Virus record (IMG/VR): IMGVR_UViG_3300035507_000332
Length of the DNA stretch: 64,000 bases
Direction: 5' to 3' (one strand)
Source: a virus
Lineage: Duplodnaviria; Caudoviricetes
Position 1 is the first letter of the stretch; each line of letters opens with the position of its first letter. A program made the translations under genes and the position numbers. This document shows, one piece after another, positions 39,873 through 50,512 of the stretch. The notes below the pieces were generated by a model, which searched no databases, was not told where the DNA came from, and saw only the letters and a list, made by a program, of their open reading frames with translations.

Positions 39873-40444
39873 TTATTGAGATAGATGGAATGCTTGGCAA
39901 AGAATTTGGGGACCAAGAGACGCATTTTCACGAAGCAAAAGACATTCTAAAAGAGCTTTGCTCTAAACTAAGAGGATTTAAGGAAACTGTAATTACCTTG
40001 TCTGAAAAAGGCATGGACTATATCTTAGTTAAGGATAAAGGGAAATACAAAATTCTACCTATACTTTGTGGTGCAAAGAGTTTCTGGAGTAAATTTTTCA
40101 CAATTCTAGGCGTAGTAGCTTTAGCTGTGAGTGTTGCAGGGATAATTGCTGATACGGCAATTCTTGGCGTTACCTCTGGAACATGGGGGCTTATTGGTGC
40201 GTCTCTCTTGACTATTGGGTCGTTGCTAGCAAAACCAAGTGCGCAAAGCGTTGATACAAGTTCTCCTACCTCTGCAGGTTCTGCGTCAACAAATTTGGGA
40301 GGAGAAAACCCAGATGCTAACGGCACACCTATTCCTATTGGGTATGGGAAGTGCTTAGTTTCTCCTGTGTCTATCTTTCAATGCCTTGATTCTATTAGAG
40401 GTAACGCTGATATTACTTCGCACCTTAACCTTTCTGGTAGATGA
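39869..40444 (+). CDS. Tail assembly protein I-like
   Basis: GMLGKEFG, PILCGA, hydrophobic segment, GTPIPIGYG. Confidence 0.82.
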   Translation: MIIEIDGMLGKEFGDQETHFHEAKDILKELCSKLRGFKETVITLSEKGMDYILVKDKGKYKILPILCGAKSFWSKFFTILGVVALAVSVAGIIADTAILGVTSGTWGLIGASLLTIGSLLAKPSAQSVDTSSPTSAGSASTNLGGENPDANGTPIPIGYGKCLVSPVSIFQCLDSIRGNADITSHLNLSGR

Positions 40445-43362
40445 AGCATTTTGAATTTAAATCTCTTATTCGAGGAAGCAAGGGTAAAGGTGGCAGTAGT
40501 GGTACTGTTGACCCTGCTTATTTGACGCCTCCTAGCGTTACTTCTGGAGACGCAATTATCAACAATATGACGTTCCAGTCTCTGGACCTCATATCCGAAG
40601 GACCTATTCAAGGATTTGTCGACGAGCAAGGATATCAGACTTACGTGTCAGATGGCTCTTTTTTCAAGTCTGTTTATTTGGATGAAAGCCCGATTAGAAA
40701 CGGCAATGGCAGCTACAATTACCAACGAGTAAAAGCCGATGCTAGGTTAGGGTATTCCGATCAGTCGTATATTTCTACGATTAACCGTCCGTCGATGGAA
40801 TATTCTATTAGCAAGACCTTATATGGACCTTATGTCTATAACACAGGAGAAAACTTAGCGAAATACGGCAAAAGCTCTGTAGACAACCGTCCTGCTGTAA
40901 AACTTGCTAACTCTACATCAAAGGGGACTAACTATTCTTATTGGGCGGACGAATCCGTTTCTCATTCTGGATTAGAGGCCCTTTGGGAAACATATACAAT
41001 TAAAGACAAGAGTTGTAGATATTTTTCATTCACTCTTGGCGTTAGTTCTCTTTATGATACGGCGTGCGTAGATACAGAACACGGTTACCAGGATGGGCCT
41101 GTTTTTGAAACAGACTGGTGGTCTGGGAAGTTACACGTAACATCCAGCGATTCTGTTTACAAAGCAGGTGAAACTTACGGGACTATTGTAGAATTTACGG
41201 TTGAATGGGGAAGATTAACTACAAGTGGCGTTGAACAACTCCGAGGCTCTAAGAATTTTACTATTTGGGGGTATGCTCAATCGACATCTTACATCGACTT
41301 CGGCTTAAACAACTACAACACGAATCCAAGTAAAACGTTCTATGGTGTTTTACAAGGGAACATGCAGACGTTTGATTTCCCTAGTGGATGGGATGGGAGC
41401 GATACTGAATACAAATTTATCCGATTCAAGAGAAAGACGCCAGAAACTTATTCAACGCTCATCAAGAGAAACATTGGTATTTCTAAGGTTACAGAGTACA
41501 CGCCTGTTTTCGTCAAGTATCCGTTGTGTGCATTAGGAGCTATCAAGGGCGACTCTAAGATTTTCACTCAAGTACCTAAGAGAAACTACCACGTTCGGTT
41601 GATGAAGGTGTTTACACCTAACAATTATCGACCTCTTATCACCTCTGGGGGCAAGATCTACGACAGAAGACGATATAAGGTAGCAGCGAACAAACCAAAG
41701 ACAATTGAAACTCTGACGGTCTATAAAGACACGTGGGATTACAAGACTCTCATCAAGCAATGGACGGACAACCCAGTTTGGATTGCGCTTGACTTGCTTA
41801 CTAGCCCTCGATACGGGCTAGGGGCTTACATTACGATGGAAGACATTGACATGTTCTCATTCTACGAAGCGGCTAGGTATTGTGACGACGTAGATGATGA
41901 TGGACTGTTCGTAGGAGCTTCTGATGGATACGGAGGGCTAGAGCCTTTGTATCATTGCTCTGTTCATATCAAGGAGCGCATGAACACATTGGAAGTTTTG
42001 AATTCAGTGCTCAGCTTGTTTGACGGCTCTCTTTACTGGGAGAGTGGGAAGATTTCCATTACCTACACAGCTGCCGCCTCACGAGTTCGAGCGATGTTCA
42101 ACAATCGAAACGTCATTGACGGCGTATTTTCCTATACATCAACCAAGCGAGATTCTCGATTCAACGTCGTTGAAGTTACCTATCAGGACCAGACAGACTT
42201 ATATAGAACTTCTATCGAGTACCGAACAAACGAACAAGACGTCAAGCAAAATGGTCCGATTAAAAATGCGATGAATGCTTGGGGCTGTACGTCTAAAGGA
42301 ATGGCGAGACGTATTGGAGATAGGTACTTAACGGCGAACAACCGAGATATTCAATCTGTATCTTTTGCGGTTGGCTACGAAGGCTTATTGTTGCAACTCA
42401 ACGACATCATTGTCATTGACGATGACTTAATGAATCTTACTGACAACTACGGTAGGTTGGTGAATGTAGAATACGTCGAAGACTTGATTAGACCAGGGAA
42501 TCCAGACGCCTACGAAGATGAAGACAAGGAAGACATCTACGACAAGTATTGCGTGCTAACAGTAGATACAGTCATCGACAACGAGAGATACGACGAAATT
42601 CTCAACATCTCAGTCTACCGCTCTAACCCTAACATTAAGAAAACAAGCGCAGGGGCATTCAGCCCTGAAACGATTTATTCTTATACAATTTCAAAGTGGT
42701 GGGTTGACGAAGAGAAGGGATACACCTACTTCAAAATCGACAAGAAGTACATCGGCGAAGAAGTGGGAGGGTTTATGATAGGCACAACCGTCTCTATCCA
42801 GACAAAGGATTACGCCTCACAAATCTTCCGTATTGCCACTGTAACCGACAACAACAACGGTACGTTTAACATTACAGCTACATACGTTTCTCACGAGGAA
42901 TACGCAGAGATTGCCGAGAAGCTTGCTAACCACTATTTGACAGTTGCAGAACTAAACGGATTGCCTATCATTTCCAACAATGGTTCTATTCTGAATCCAG
43001 ACGCTGATGACGAAGAAGACTATTCCGACGCACGAATGGAACAAATTAACAGCGAATACGACAAGATGATGGGTATTCTCAAAGCTCCTGACAAATTTGA
43101 TGTAACTGGATACATCGACGACACTCGACCTGTTAATGGGGTCTACATGGGAGATCTTTTCTTAAATTGGGAACTTGTAGATAACGCTTCTGGATATCAG
43201 ATCAAGGTAAAGAATTCATCAAACAAGGTTGTTTATAATGCTACTGTAGATGACCCAGTTGGTTCTGCTAATTCTCGACTTGAAAGTGCTACTTCGGATT
43301 ACAATGCAGCGAAAGCGGCTTTGGATGCCTTTTACGAAGAGAATCCAAGATACAAAGTCTAA
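40441..43362 (+). CDS. Tail tip/host specificity protein J-like
   Basis: DLISEGPIQGF, WTDNPVWIALDLLTSPRYGLG, YCD, GCTSKGMARR; partial FnIII at end. Confidence 0.9.
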   Translation: MKHFEFKSLIRGSKGKGGSSGTVDPAYLTPPSVTSGDAIINNMTFQSLDLISEGPIQGFVDEQGYQTYVSDGSFFKSVYLDESPIRNGNGSYNYQRVKADARLGYSDQSYISTINRPSMEYSISKTLYGPYVYNTGENLAKYGKSSVDNRPAVKLANSTSKGTNYSYWADESVSHSGLEALWETYTIKDKSCRYFSFTLGVSSLYDTACVDTEHGYQDGPVFETDWWSGKLHVTSSDSVYKAGETYGTIVEFTVEWGRLTTSGVEQLRGSKNFTIWGYAQSTSYIDFGLNNYNTNPSKTFYGVLQGNMQTFDFPSGWDGSDTEYKFIRFKRKTPETYSTLIKRNIGISKVTEYTPVFVKYPLCALGAIKGDSKIFTQVPKRNYHVRLMKVFTPNNYRPLITSGGKIYDRRRYKVAANKPKTIETLTVYKDTWDYKTLIKQWTDNPVWIALDLLTSPRYGLGAYITMEDIDMFSFYEAARYCDDVDDDGLFVGASDGYGGLEPLYHCSVHIKERMNTLEVLNSVLSLFDGSLYWESGKISITYTAAASRVRAMFNNRNVIDGVFSYTSTKRDSRFNVVEVTYQDQTDLYRTSIEYRTNEQDVKQNGPIKNAMNAWGCTSKGMARRIGDRYLTANNRDIQSVSFAVGYEGLLLQLNDIIVIDDDLMNLTDNYGRLVNVEYVEDLIRPGNPDAYEDEDKEDIYDKYCVLTVDTVIDNERYDEILNISVYRSNPNIKKTSAGAFSPETIYSYTISKWWVDEEKGYTYFKIDKKYIGEEVGGFMIGTTVSIQTKDYASQIFRIATVTDNNNGTFNITATYVSHEEYAEIAEKLANHYLTVAELNGLPIISNNGSILNPDADDEEDYSDARMEQINSEYDKMMGILKAPDKFDVTGYIDDTRPVNGVYMGDLFLNWELVDNASGYQIKVKNSSNKVVYNATVDDPVGSANSRLESATSDYNAAKAALDAFYEENPRYKV

Positions 43363-43392
43363 AGACATCCTCAACAAATACAAATAAAACAA

Positions 43393-43713
43393 ATGAGTAT
43401 TTCATCTAACATTCTTAATTCTGCTTTAGCGGCTACAAGCAAATACGACAAATTGACTCTTCTCGAACAAGCTGTGGAAGAAGCGAGAGCAGAGCTTCAA
43501 GAAGCAACTAGTGAATATCAAGCGGTTAAGGACACAGAGAGTTCGTCCTTGACTATTGAGCTATCCTCTGATTTGTATAGCGTTTCAATTTGGACGGTGA
43601 ACGCAGGGAATTTACCTAGCCGTTACCCAAATACGGTTCAATACTATTTGGTCGATGAAGGCTTAAAACTTAGAAGTCCAGAAATTACAGATATTACTGT
43701 AGAAGGAAATTAA
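43393..43713 (+). CDS. Small protein completing the gpJ FnIII domain (in frame with gpJ)
   Basis: Coiled coil then SLTIEL..LYSVSIWTVN.GNLPS (FnIII E-F-G strand pattern). Confidence 0.55.
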   Translation: MSISSNILNSALAATSKYDKLTLLEQAVEEARAELQEATSEYQAVKDTESSSLTIELSSDLYSVSIWTVNAGNLPSRYPNTVQYYLVDEGLKLRSPEITDITVEGN

Positions 43714-43714
43714 A

Positions 43715-46549
43715 ATGGCTGACGAAGAAGAAGTAACAGAAATAACGCTTGGTAGTTCCGCAGAAATCGGAAGCCTTAAAGTGTTCAGCTATTCTATAAG
43801 CGGAAGACCTTGTATTTATATTGAAGGAGAAGATAGAGCGCACAACATCTTAACTTCCCAAGGCGACTATCAAACTTCTGTTTTTCAGCCGTTTCTTCAG
43901 ATTTGGCGAGGGTATGGTACAGAAGAGGGGCAATACGACAAAACTGCCTACTATCTTCTGGACGAGTATAGGACAAACCCCATATATGAATTCGATGCAG
44001 AGCTGAATGTTAGAAAGTATAGGTTTTTGATTCGCCTATACGACAAAATGCCGTTGGAAGACGAGTATACGAATTTTGACCAAGCAATTGTAGATGTAAC
44101 GATTTCTGCTCCTTTCTTTCAATACGTCGCTGTCCAAGACTGTAGAGAAAGAGCTAGTGATTCAGACTCTCCTGAAGAGTACGAATTTGAGTCTATTGAA
44201 GGAAAAGCTTCTGTTTTCGCCTACATGAAGGCAGGTACTAGCATTGAAAGAATTGAAGTATATGCTTCTACTGAAGGTGAAGACTTCGAGCCAAGTGCGG
44301 ACAATTATATTAAGACGATCTACCCTAACGCCAACGAGTACAACTTAGGACAATCGTATAATAAAGTACAGTTCGATATTACCAACGAAATCGAGTGGTA
44401 CCAAGATTATTATATCAAGCTTATCCCTTATGATAATATTGGGCCAGGTGCTACATATACTACGTATGGTTATATTTGCGGATCTACAGGAGGAGATTCC
44501 TGCTTGATGGTAAAATGTATTGACTTTATTGTTGACGAAGGATACGGAGGAGGAACTTCGTACATCGAAGAGAATACGGTCTTTTACAAGTACGTTAATG
44601 AGTGTCCATACCCGATAGATTCTTTCTATACGACAGACTGGAATACAGCTTATTACGAACTATCTGCGTCCTCTTATTATGGGACGTATTATAGAGAGTA
44701 CATGTTCGTAGCAAACCCTTATGGGGATTATGCAGAGAGTTCGGTTGGGGGAACTCACCTCGAAGTTTTTAACTCTGTGTTGGACATGAATGTTAGGCAC
44801 TACATCATTGGCAAGGCAGCGGCTTTGGTAATTGATGTGAATGGTCCAGAATACGCAGACACTAGACGAGAGATAGAATTCGACGCTTGCGATTGGGGTA
44901 CTGTGCAAAACACAATCCAAGAATATAATTGCCAGGAAAAGAAAGACTCAGATAAAGAAAAGGCAAAAGAGTATTACCTACAATATTTAGAAGATTGGGA
45001 TAATGGGCGAAAGAGTTTGATTCAAGTCTGGTTCAATATTGGCAACAAAGATATTTTCCAAGCTTATTCAGAGATAACAGCGTTTTCTATCTATTCTATC
45101 TATAACGAAGAAGGCCTGAACGCCTTAAAAGATACTCGAATAGCTATTGGTTATCAGTGGCAGAGCGCAAACGGAGAGTATGTTTTTATTCCTCTCATTT
45201 TTTCAGAGCCAGTAGAACAAAGATTCTCCGAAGAGTACGACACGTCAGAATATAACAGCACTTACAAGGATATCATCCCAACGAGAAGAATTGTAGAGAA
45301 TAGATATACGTTCTCTCAGTACCCAGAAAACTTCTTCGGAGAGGACAATGCAGATAAGCAGGTTGTTTTCAGAAAGACTGTTGTTTCTGGGCAAGGAGGA
45401 CTTTCTTCTGAGTATTTTTCTAAAGTTACAAAGGATAGGTATTACGTTTATTTCTATAGAGCAAAGCCAGCAGAGGATGGAAGTTATGTTCGTTTAGCGG
45501 AAGAGCCGAAATTCTGGTATGGTCTAATGGCTAATACTACTACTTACTCTAATATAACAAACACTGCTACATATCCTACCACAAACAAAGAGAATTTGTT
45601 ATACGGAAGGTTTAAGTTCTTTTACGAGTCTTCCTTTACAGGAGAAATTTCCGAAAGAATTTTCAATATGCCTATTGCGAGTTCTATAGAAGCGACAACA
45701 CAAGGCCAAGTTTGTACGACATATGCTTTTCCTGCACGAGGGGTTAGGCAACCTCAATATTCTTACAAGTCAAAATACGAGGGGGAATTACTAGACGCTG
45801 AAAAAACGGAATACATCTTCGATTATGGGTGGCTCATGATTGGGGACGTTAATGGAGAAGACGTCTCAAAAATCAAGACAATGAGCTTTATTGTTCCTAA
45901 CGAAGAAATCCAAGGCGATATTGTAGCGAGAAGAGTTAGATTGGAATTTCACTACCGATCGGATGATTATGAAACTTGCTATTGGAGTACTTCTGGAGAG
46001 GCTCAAGAGGATACCTATGAAGTAGATGGTATTACGTATTATGGGGTAAAATTCTCAAGCATTGATATTCCCTACTACAAAGATTCTAAAACAGGGTGGA
46101 AGGTCTATGCTATCGAGCAGGATGATACAATCTTGCCAAGGAGTTTCCCTGTTTGCGTTTCCAACGGAATCATTACTGTAAAGCATGTTTACAACAACAG
46201 TAACCACAGGTACACGAAAGACTATAACGACAAAAAGAAAGAAATGCTTCAAAACGGTTCTGCAATAGATGAGATCGTGAAACTTACTTATAGCTATCCA
46301 GATTTGCCTCCGAGCGAGCCAGAGCATACACGGAATCTTCTTATTGTAGGTGAGTGGTTTGGGCTGTTTTCTACAAACGAATCAAAAGAGTGCAATATCA
46401 CGTACAACAAGAGAAAATACGGCGTTACAAGACCGATTGTTACAGATTGCTTCTTTAACGCCAACCGAGTTGGTATGTACATGGAACTTGAGCCTTACTG
46501 GACGTTTGATAACCCTGTTAAGGTGAAGGGATTCCGCAAGACTTACTAA
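43715..46549 (+). CDS. Large acidic Tyr-rich tail-associated protein
   Basis: Directly follows tail tip genes; YYIKLIPYDNIGPG FnIII-like segment. Confidence 0.55.
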   Translation: MADEEEVTEITLGSSAEIGSLKVFSYSISGRPCIYIEGEDRAHNILTSQGDYQTSVFQPFLQIWRGYGTEEGQYDKTAYYLLDEYRTNPIYEFDAELNVRKYRFLIRLYDKMPLEDEYTNFDQAIVDVTISAPFFQYVAVQDCRERASDSDSPEEYEFESIEGKASVFAYMKAGTSIERIEVYASTEGEDFEPSADNYIKTIYPNANEYNLGQSYNKVQFDITNEIEWYQDYYIKLIPYDNIGPGATYTTYGYICGSTGGDSCLMVKCIDFIVDEGYGGGTSYIEENTVFYKYVNECPYPIDSFYTTDWNTAYYELSASSYYGTYYREYMFVANPYGDYAESSVGGTHLEVFNSVLDMNVRHYIIGKAAALVIDVNGPEYADTRREIEFDACDWGTVQNTIQEYNCQEKKDSDKEKAKEYYLQYLEDWDNGRKSLIQVWFNIGNKDIFQAYSEITAFSIYSIYNEEGLNALKDTRIAIGYQWQSANGEYVFIPLIFSEPVEQRFSEEYDTSEYNSTYKDIIPTRRIVENRYTFSQYPENFFGEDNADKQVVFRKTVVSGQGGLSSEYFSKVTKDRYYVYFYRAKPAEDGSYVRLAEEPKFWYGLMANTTTYSNITNTATYPTTNKENLLYGRFKFFYESSFTGEISERIFNMPIASSIEATTQGQVCTTYAFPARGVRQPQYSYKSKYEGELLDAEKTEYIFDYGWLMIGDVNGEDVSKIKTMSFIVPNEEIQGDIVARRVRLEFHYRSDDYETCYWSTSGEAQEDTYEVDGITYYGVKFSSIDIPYYKDSKTGWKVYAIEQDDTILPRSFPVCVSNGIITVKHVYNNSNHRYTKDYNDKKKEMLQNGSAIDEIVKLTYSYPDLPPSEPEHTRNLLIVGEWFGLFSTNESKECNITYNKRKYGVTRPIVTDCFFNANRVGMYMELEPYWTFDNPVKVKGFRKTY

Positions 46550-46550
46550 C

Positions 46551-46591
46551 AAAGAAAAACCGCTAGGTTGCCCTAGCGGTTTTTTCTTTTT
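46551..46591. terminator. Bidirectional terminator
   Basis: AAAAACCGCTAGG/CCTAGCGGTTTTT between convergent genes. Confidence 0.85.
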
Positions 46592-47952
46592 CTTTGGTTA
46601 TTCCTCATAGAGAGGCAGACGCCACCACAATCCCAGATTCTGTTCATCTTAGCTCTTGAAGATCGGCGGAGGCGTTTGTTAGCGAACGCTTGAGAATACC
46701 GCTTATTGTCGATGGTATAGAAGAATTCAGGGTGAGACGGAGGCTTCATCGAAAAGCCAGCAGAGGCAAGCTCTTTACCATTATCCCACCGACGATTCAA
46801 GCGAGCATAGACATCACCCTTGTAGCGACGGAAGAATTCATCCATGATAACCTTCCAGCAATCTTTGATATCAAAGTTAGGCAAATGACAATACCGCTCT
46901 AAAATCCATTCTGAGGGCACAGATTGCGTCTTCTCGTGCTTAGAGAACGTCATTAGGGCAATTAGTCTATCTCCGTCATAAAGGCCCATTCTGACGTAAC
47001 TAGGAGACGGTCCTTCGAGATGATACCGCTTTAGGAATTTTTTAGCATCGGCAGTGAGGACAAGTTTGACAGTACAGAGGTTCGCATCAATGACATGTTC
47101 GTTACGTCCGAGAACGTCCTTCAGCATAGCAGTGACGATAGAACGTTTATTACGCCACTCATCCTCGAAGATATGGATAAGGCGAACTCCGTGGGATTCA
47201 GCATCCTTCGTTTTAGAAACGTGGTAAAACTTATCCTTGCCACGTTCTTCGGTATGCCAGTAGAGACCGTCACATTCAATGCCAAGCTTCTTATTGGGGA
47301 TGTAGATATCGATTTCTCTATCACCAAGAATTCTCTTAGTATTGGGGACAATGGTAAAGTCCAACGTAGCGATATACTCAATGACTTCCTTCTCAAATTG
47401 AGAATTGGTAGAGCTATGGCACTTAGGGCAAGTAAGGAATTTGTCTAATTGGGTAGACAGCACCGAGAACGTTTCATCACAAGAGAGGCAGTGGATTTTG
47501 AATTTCTCACGGCAAGCCTTGCCCTTGTACTCCTCCTTCGTAAAAAGAGGCTCTAAACCATTAGCGTGAAGTCTTTCAGCCAAACGGTTATAACTATTAG
47601 CCAGAGCAGCAGGACGCCTTTTCCCACGGTAGATTTCAGACTTGCGCCAACAAGCTTTGCAACAGTAGTCGCTTGTTGTTTTTACCACCTTCGAGTAAGG
47701 AATGAAATTTCCACAGGTGAGGCATCTTCTCAACTCAATACCCTTGATACAGCTATGAAACCACTTAAACGGCGATTCATAAGCTTTATTGCTATAGAAC
47801 TTAGACCTACAAAATTTCCTAAGTCTCTTATCTCTTTTAAAGCACTCTCGGAGTTCAGCTAATGATAGACCAGCATAATATTCTTTGAGGCTTTCTACAG
47901 TGAGGTTTTTATCTTCGGGGAAGAGAGGTCTGGGGTTCCAGCGGTTGGACAT
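46573..47952 (-). CDS. Hef-like free-standing endonuclease (Zn ribbons + PD-(D/E)xK + C-terminal domain)
   Basis: CxxC repeats, EIDIYIP..LGIECDGLYWH, IHIFEDEW, RIWDCG. Confidence 0.75.
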   Translation of the reverse strand: MSNRWNPRPLFPEDKNLTVESLKEYYAGLSLAELRECFKRDKRLRKFCRSKFYSNKAYESPFKWFHSCIKGIELRRCLTCGNFIPYSKVVKTTSDYCCKACWRKSEIYRGKRRPAALANSYNRLAERLHANGLEPLFTKEEYKGKACREKFKIHCLSCDETFSVLSTQLDKFLTCPKCHSSTNSQFEKEVIEYIATLDFTIVPNTKRILGDREIDIYIPNKKLGIECDGLYWHTEERGKDKFYHVSKTKDAESHGVRLIHIFEDEWRNKRSIVTAMLKDVLGRNEHVIDANLCTVKLVLTADAKKFLKRYHLEGPSPSYVRMGLYDGDRLIALMTFSKHEKTQSVPSEWILERYCHLPNFDIKDCWKVIMDEFFRRYKGDVYARLNRRWDNGKELASAGFSMKPPSHPEFFYTIDNKRYSQAFANKRLRRSSRAKMNRIWDCGGVCLSMRNNQRKRKNR

Positions 47953-47955
47953 AAA

Positions 47956-48663
47956 TTAGTTTTTGGAATCTTCTTTAGCTTCTTGAAGAGCGGAGAGTTT
48001 TTCCACAGAGAGGATTCTGTAAATTTTACTTGGTACTTTAGTCATAGCATCAACATCTTCAGAAGACAAGATAGTTTTGCGAAGATAATGAATACAAATG
48101 AAACCTATAGTAATTCCTTCTTCCGAATTTATAGGTAGAGTGTAAACAGTTTCAGTACCACTGTTAGCAAGTATTTGAGTGAGATAGGGGTCGTATTCTT
48201 CGCTATCAATATCCGATTGAAAAATGTAAGGTTCGGTAGGAGAGCCAACCTTCCAACGACGGAAAATGACATAGGGAAGATTTAAAAACCAAGGGGAAAC
48301 ACTACAAACGCCTTGGTCTAACGATTCAAAAGCGCAGGATACTTTTAACAGGTGGTTGCCATTCGCAAAAACCTCCCCATTATGGTAAAGAAAAACAAGC
48401 ACCCTATCTGCGCTAAAGCGTTGTCTTGTATCTGCAAGGAAAGTTTGGATGATTCTATTTTTGCTTATTGTATCTCCAACAGTTTTTTGGCTTTTTTTAA
48501 CACAATTTTCATTGACAGGTTCTTGTTTTTTATCCACTCTTTTCAAGAAGTGATAACCTGTTCCACCGACGCAAGCGGCAGCGATATAGCCAACAAGATT
48601 GGTTATCGAGATAATCGAGTCGTGAACGTTGGAGTCCGCCAGTAAATCTATAAATTCTAACAT
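47956..48663 (-). CDS. TMD + GAF-domain protein, T4 T-holin-like
   Basis: N-terminal TMD; ADRVLVFLYHNG...KVSCAFE...IGFICIHY GAF pattern; GTGTAA motif upstream. Confidence 0.55.
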   Translation of the reverse strand: MLEFIDLLADSNVHDSIISITNLVGYIAAACVGGTGYHFLKRVDKKQEPVNENCVKKSQKTVGDTISKNRIIQTFLADTRQRFSADRVLVFLYHNGEVFANGNHLLKVSCAFESLDQGVCSVSPWFLNLPYVIFRRWKVGSPTEPYIFQSDIDSEEYDPYLTQILANSGTETVYTLPINSEEGITIGFICIHYLRKTILSSEDVDAMTKVPSKIYRILSVEKLSALQEAKEDSKN

Positions 48664-48693
48664 TTTATAACCTCACCGCATAAAGATTTAACA

Positions 48694-49491
48694 ATGGGGA
48701 CAGTTTTTTCTATTATTTACACCGAGGATGAACGGTTACCGTGGTTCTCGGCAGAATCTTTTAGAACAAAGGTAGAAAAGCACGTCAGAGAAGTGTATCC
48801 AGGTAGAGACGTAGAATTTGAAGTGCTACCTAAAAGCAAAGGTACACAAGAATCATTCAATGCTCTGAAATTCCGCCACACAAACAAACAAGGCGTGGCT
48901 CTCATAGATACGGATTTTCGCTTTGTGACGTTCGATGGTTGGGCATTGTGCATTGAGAAATTCATGCAAGGCTTTTCAGTAGACCTACCATTCTTCAAGG
49001 CGGTACAACAGAACAGCAAAGCAAAAGCATTCCTAGACGACCAGTTCGACTGCTTAGAAAAGAGCGTGGACTTCTCCTTACTCAAAGACGAGTCATTGGA
49101 AATGCTACGCAAGCGAGGGAATGCCGAAGGCAAGTTGTACATTTACGAATTTTTCTTCACGTGGGAATACCCCTACTACAGAAAAGTTAGGTCTACAGAA
49201 ATTATTGCCAAGGGATATACGGAAGTCCGTAGAATCTACTGGATGGAAAATCCACGGATGAGAGAAATCTTGACTAACGAACTCAAGAAAGAGTTGGCAG
49301 AGTTCGCCTTGGCAGATGCACGAGAGTCTACAGATACAACAAACTTCAAGACTCTCATCATATTCAGAAGCCTAGGGGCAGACGCTCAAGAGGTAGAGAT
49401 CGACTTGAGCAACAGAGGTTCTCTCATTTGCCGAGAAGCATGGGGAGAAGCGGTATTTGGTTCAGAAGACTATGTTTTGAAGAATTTATGA
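48694..49491 (+). CDS. Hypothetical protein
   Basis: Long ORF. Confidence 0.6.
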   Translation: MGTVFSIIYTEDERLPWFSAESFRTKVEKHVREVYPGRDVEFEVLPKSKGTQESFNALKFRHTNKQGVALIDTDFRFVTFDGWALCIEKFMQGFSVDLPFFKAVQQNSKAKAFLDDQFDCLEKSVDFSLLKDESLEMLRKRGNAEGKLYIYEFFFTWEYPYYRKVRSTEIIAKGYTEVRRIYWMENPRMREILTNELKKELAEFALADARESTDTTNFKTLIIFRSLGADAQEVEIDLSNRGSLICREAWGEAVFGSEDYVLKNL

Positions 49492-49940
49492 AGATAGACT
49501 TGGTTTGCGTATTTGTTCCTAAGCATAGTCCGTATTTTGCAGACGATGCAAAGCTAAAAGAATTTCGGGTATGGCTACAGAGATATCACCCTGAAGCCGA
49601 CATCATATACATGTGCGGAGATTGGAACAGAAGTCAGCAGATAAACGAATTCATCGACTGCGAATTCACCCCAGAAAAGAAGGACAGCTTCCTTGCTAAC
49701 GTCATCCGCAACACCCTCTACGAAATCCACAGGAGAGGTATAGACAACGTAAGGCACGTTTATTTGCTCTTAGATGTAAAACCATTCTACGAGAAAGAGT
49801 TGATTACAGACCTAAAGGTAGAAGTAGACGACCACGTGCTATACGGAGAAGTCCTAGACGTAGATGTTCTACTAAGCATGACGCTTGGGCGTGAGCCAGA
49901 GAAGCATGTAAATTTCAAAGCAAAATCATTCAAGCTGTGA
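49488..49940 (+). CDS. Hypothetical protein
   Basis: ATGA overlap. Confidence 0.6.
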   Translation: MKIDLVCVFVPKHSPYFADDAKLKEFRVWLQRYHPEADIIYMCGDWNRSQQINEFIDCEFTPEKKDSFLANVIRNTLYEIHRRGIDNVRHVYLLLDVKPFYEKELITDLKVEVDDHVLYGEVLDVDVLLSMTLGREPEKHVNFKAKSFKL

Positions 49941-50512
49941 TTCTTCAACTGATTGACGATGGCAAAGCCACGAGGCAACAAATCGAGGATGCGCTTAAAG
50001 CGATTGAGGCAAAGATAGACGACATACAGAGATTCTACTTTGCCTTTGAGGACAGCGGATTTAACTTCAGCGATGGCGGAGTCTACTACCGATTCCACGA
50101 CTACATCAGAATTCCCAACGATATTGACGAGATAAAATTCTCACTCAACAAAAAGAATTTCGAGCGGAATTTTGACGTATTCTTTTCATTCTTCGGCAAG
50201 ACAAACCAAGATATCGAAGCTACGTACGACAACGAAAGTTGCCTAAACGGCGTCATCTTAGAGTTGTTTTTGAAAGCGTGGGATGAGAAGATGTACCCAC
50301 TAGAGCCACTGTACCTACCAACGTCAGAGACTCTTCATATTATCAGAGAAGGAGAAGATTCTTTCTTTCAGCTTGAAAAAGCAAAGTTGACTCCACCTAA
50401 TGGGGTTATTTCCTTACCAGAAGGACCGAACGCATGTGTAGGCGAGAGAATGACTTACATCTATTGGCGTGATACCGTCTGGAAGGTAGAAACAAATAGA
50501 ATATTTTTATGA
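49937..50512 (+). CDS. Hypothetical protein
   Basis: GTGA overlap. Confidence 0.6.
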   Translation: MILQLIDDGKATRQQIEDALKAIEAKIDDIQRFYFAFEDSGFNFSDGGVYYRFHDYIRIPNDIDEIKFSLNKKNFERNFDVFFSFFGKTNQDIEATYDNESCLNGVILELFLKAWDEKMYPLEPLYLPTSETLHIIREGEDSFFQLEKAKLTPPNGVISLPEGPNACVGERMTYIYWRDTVWKVETNRIFL

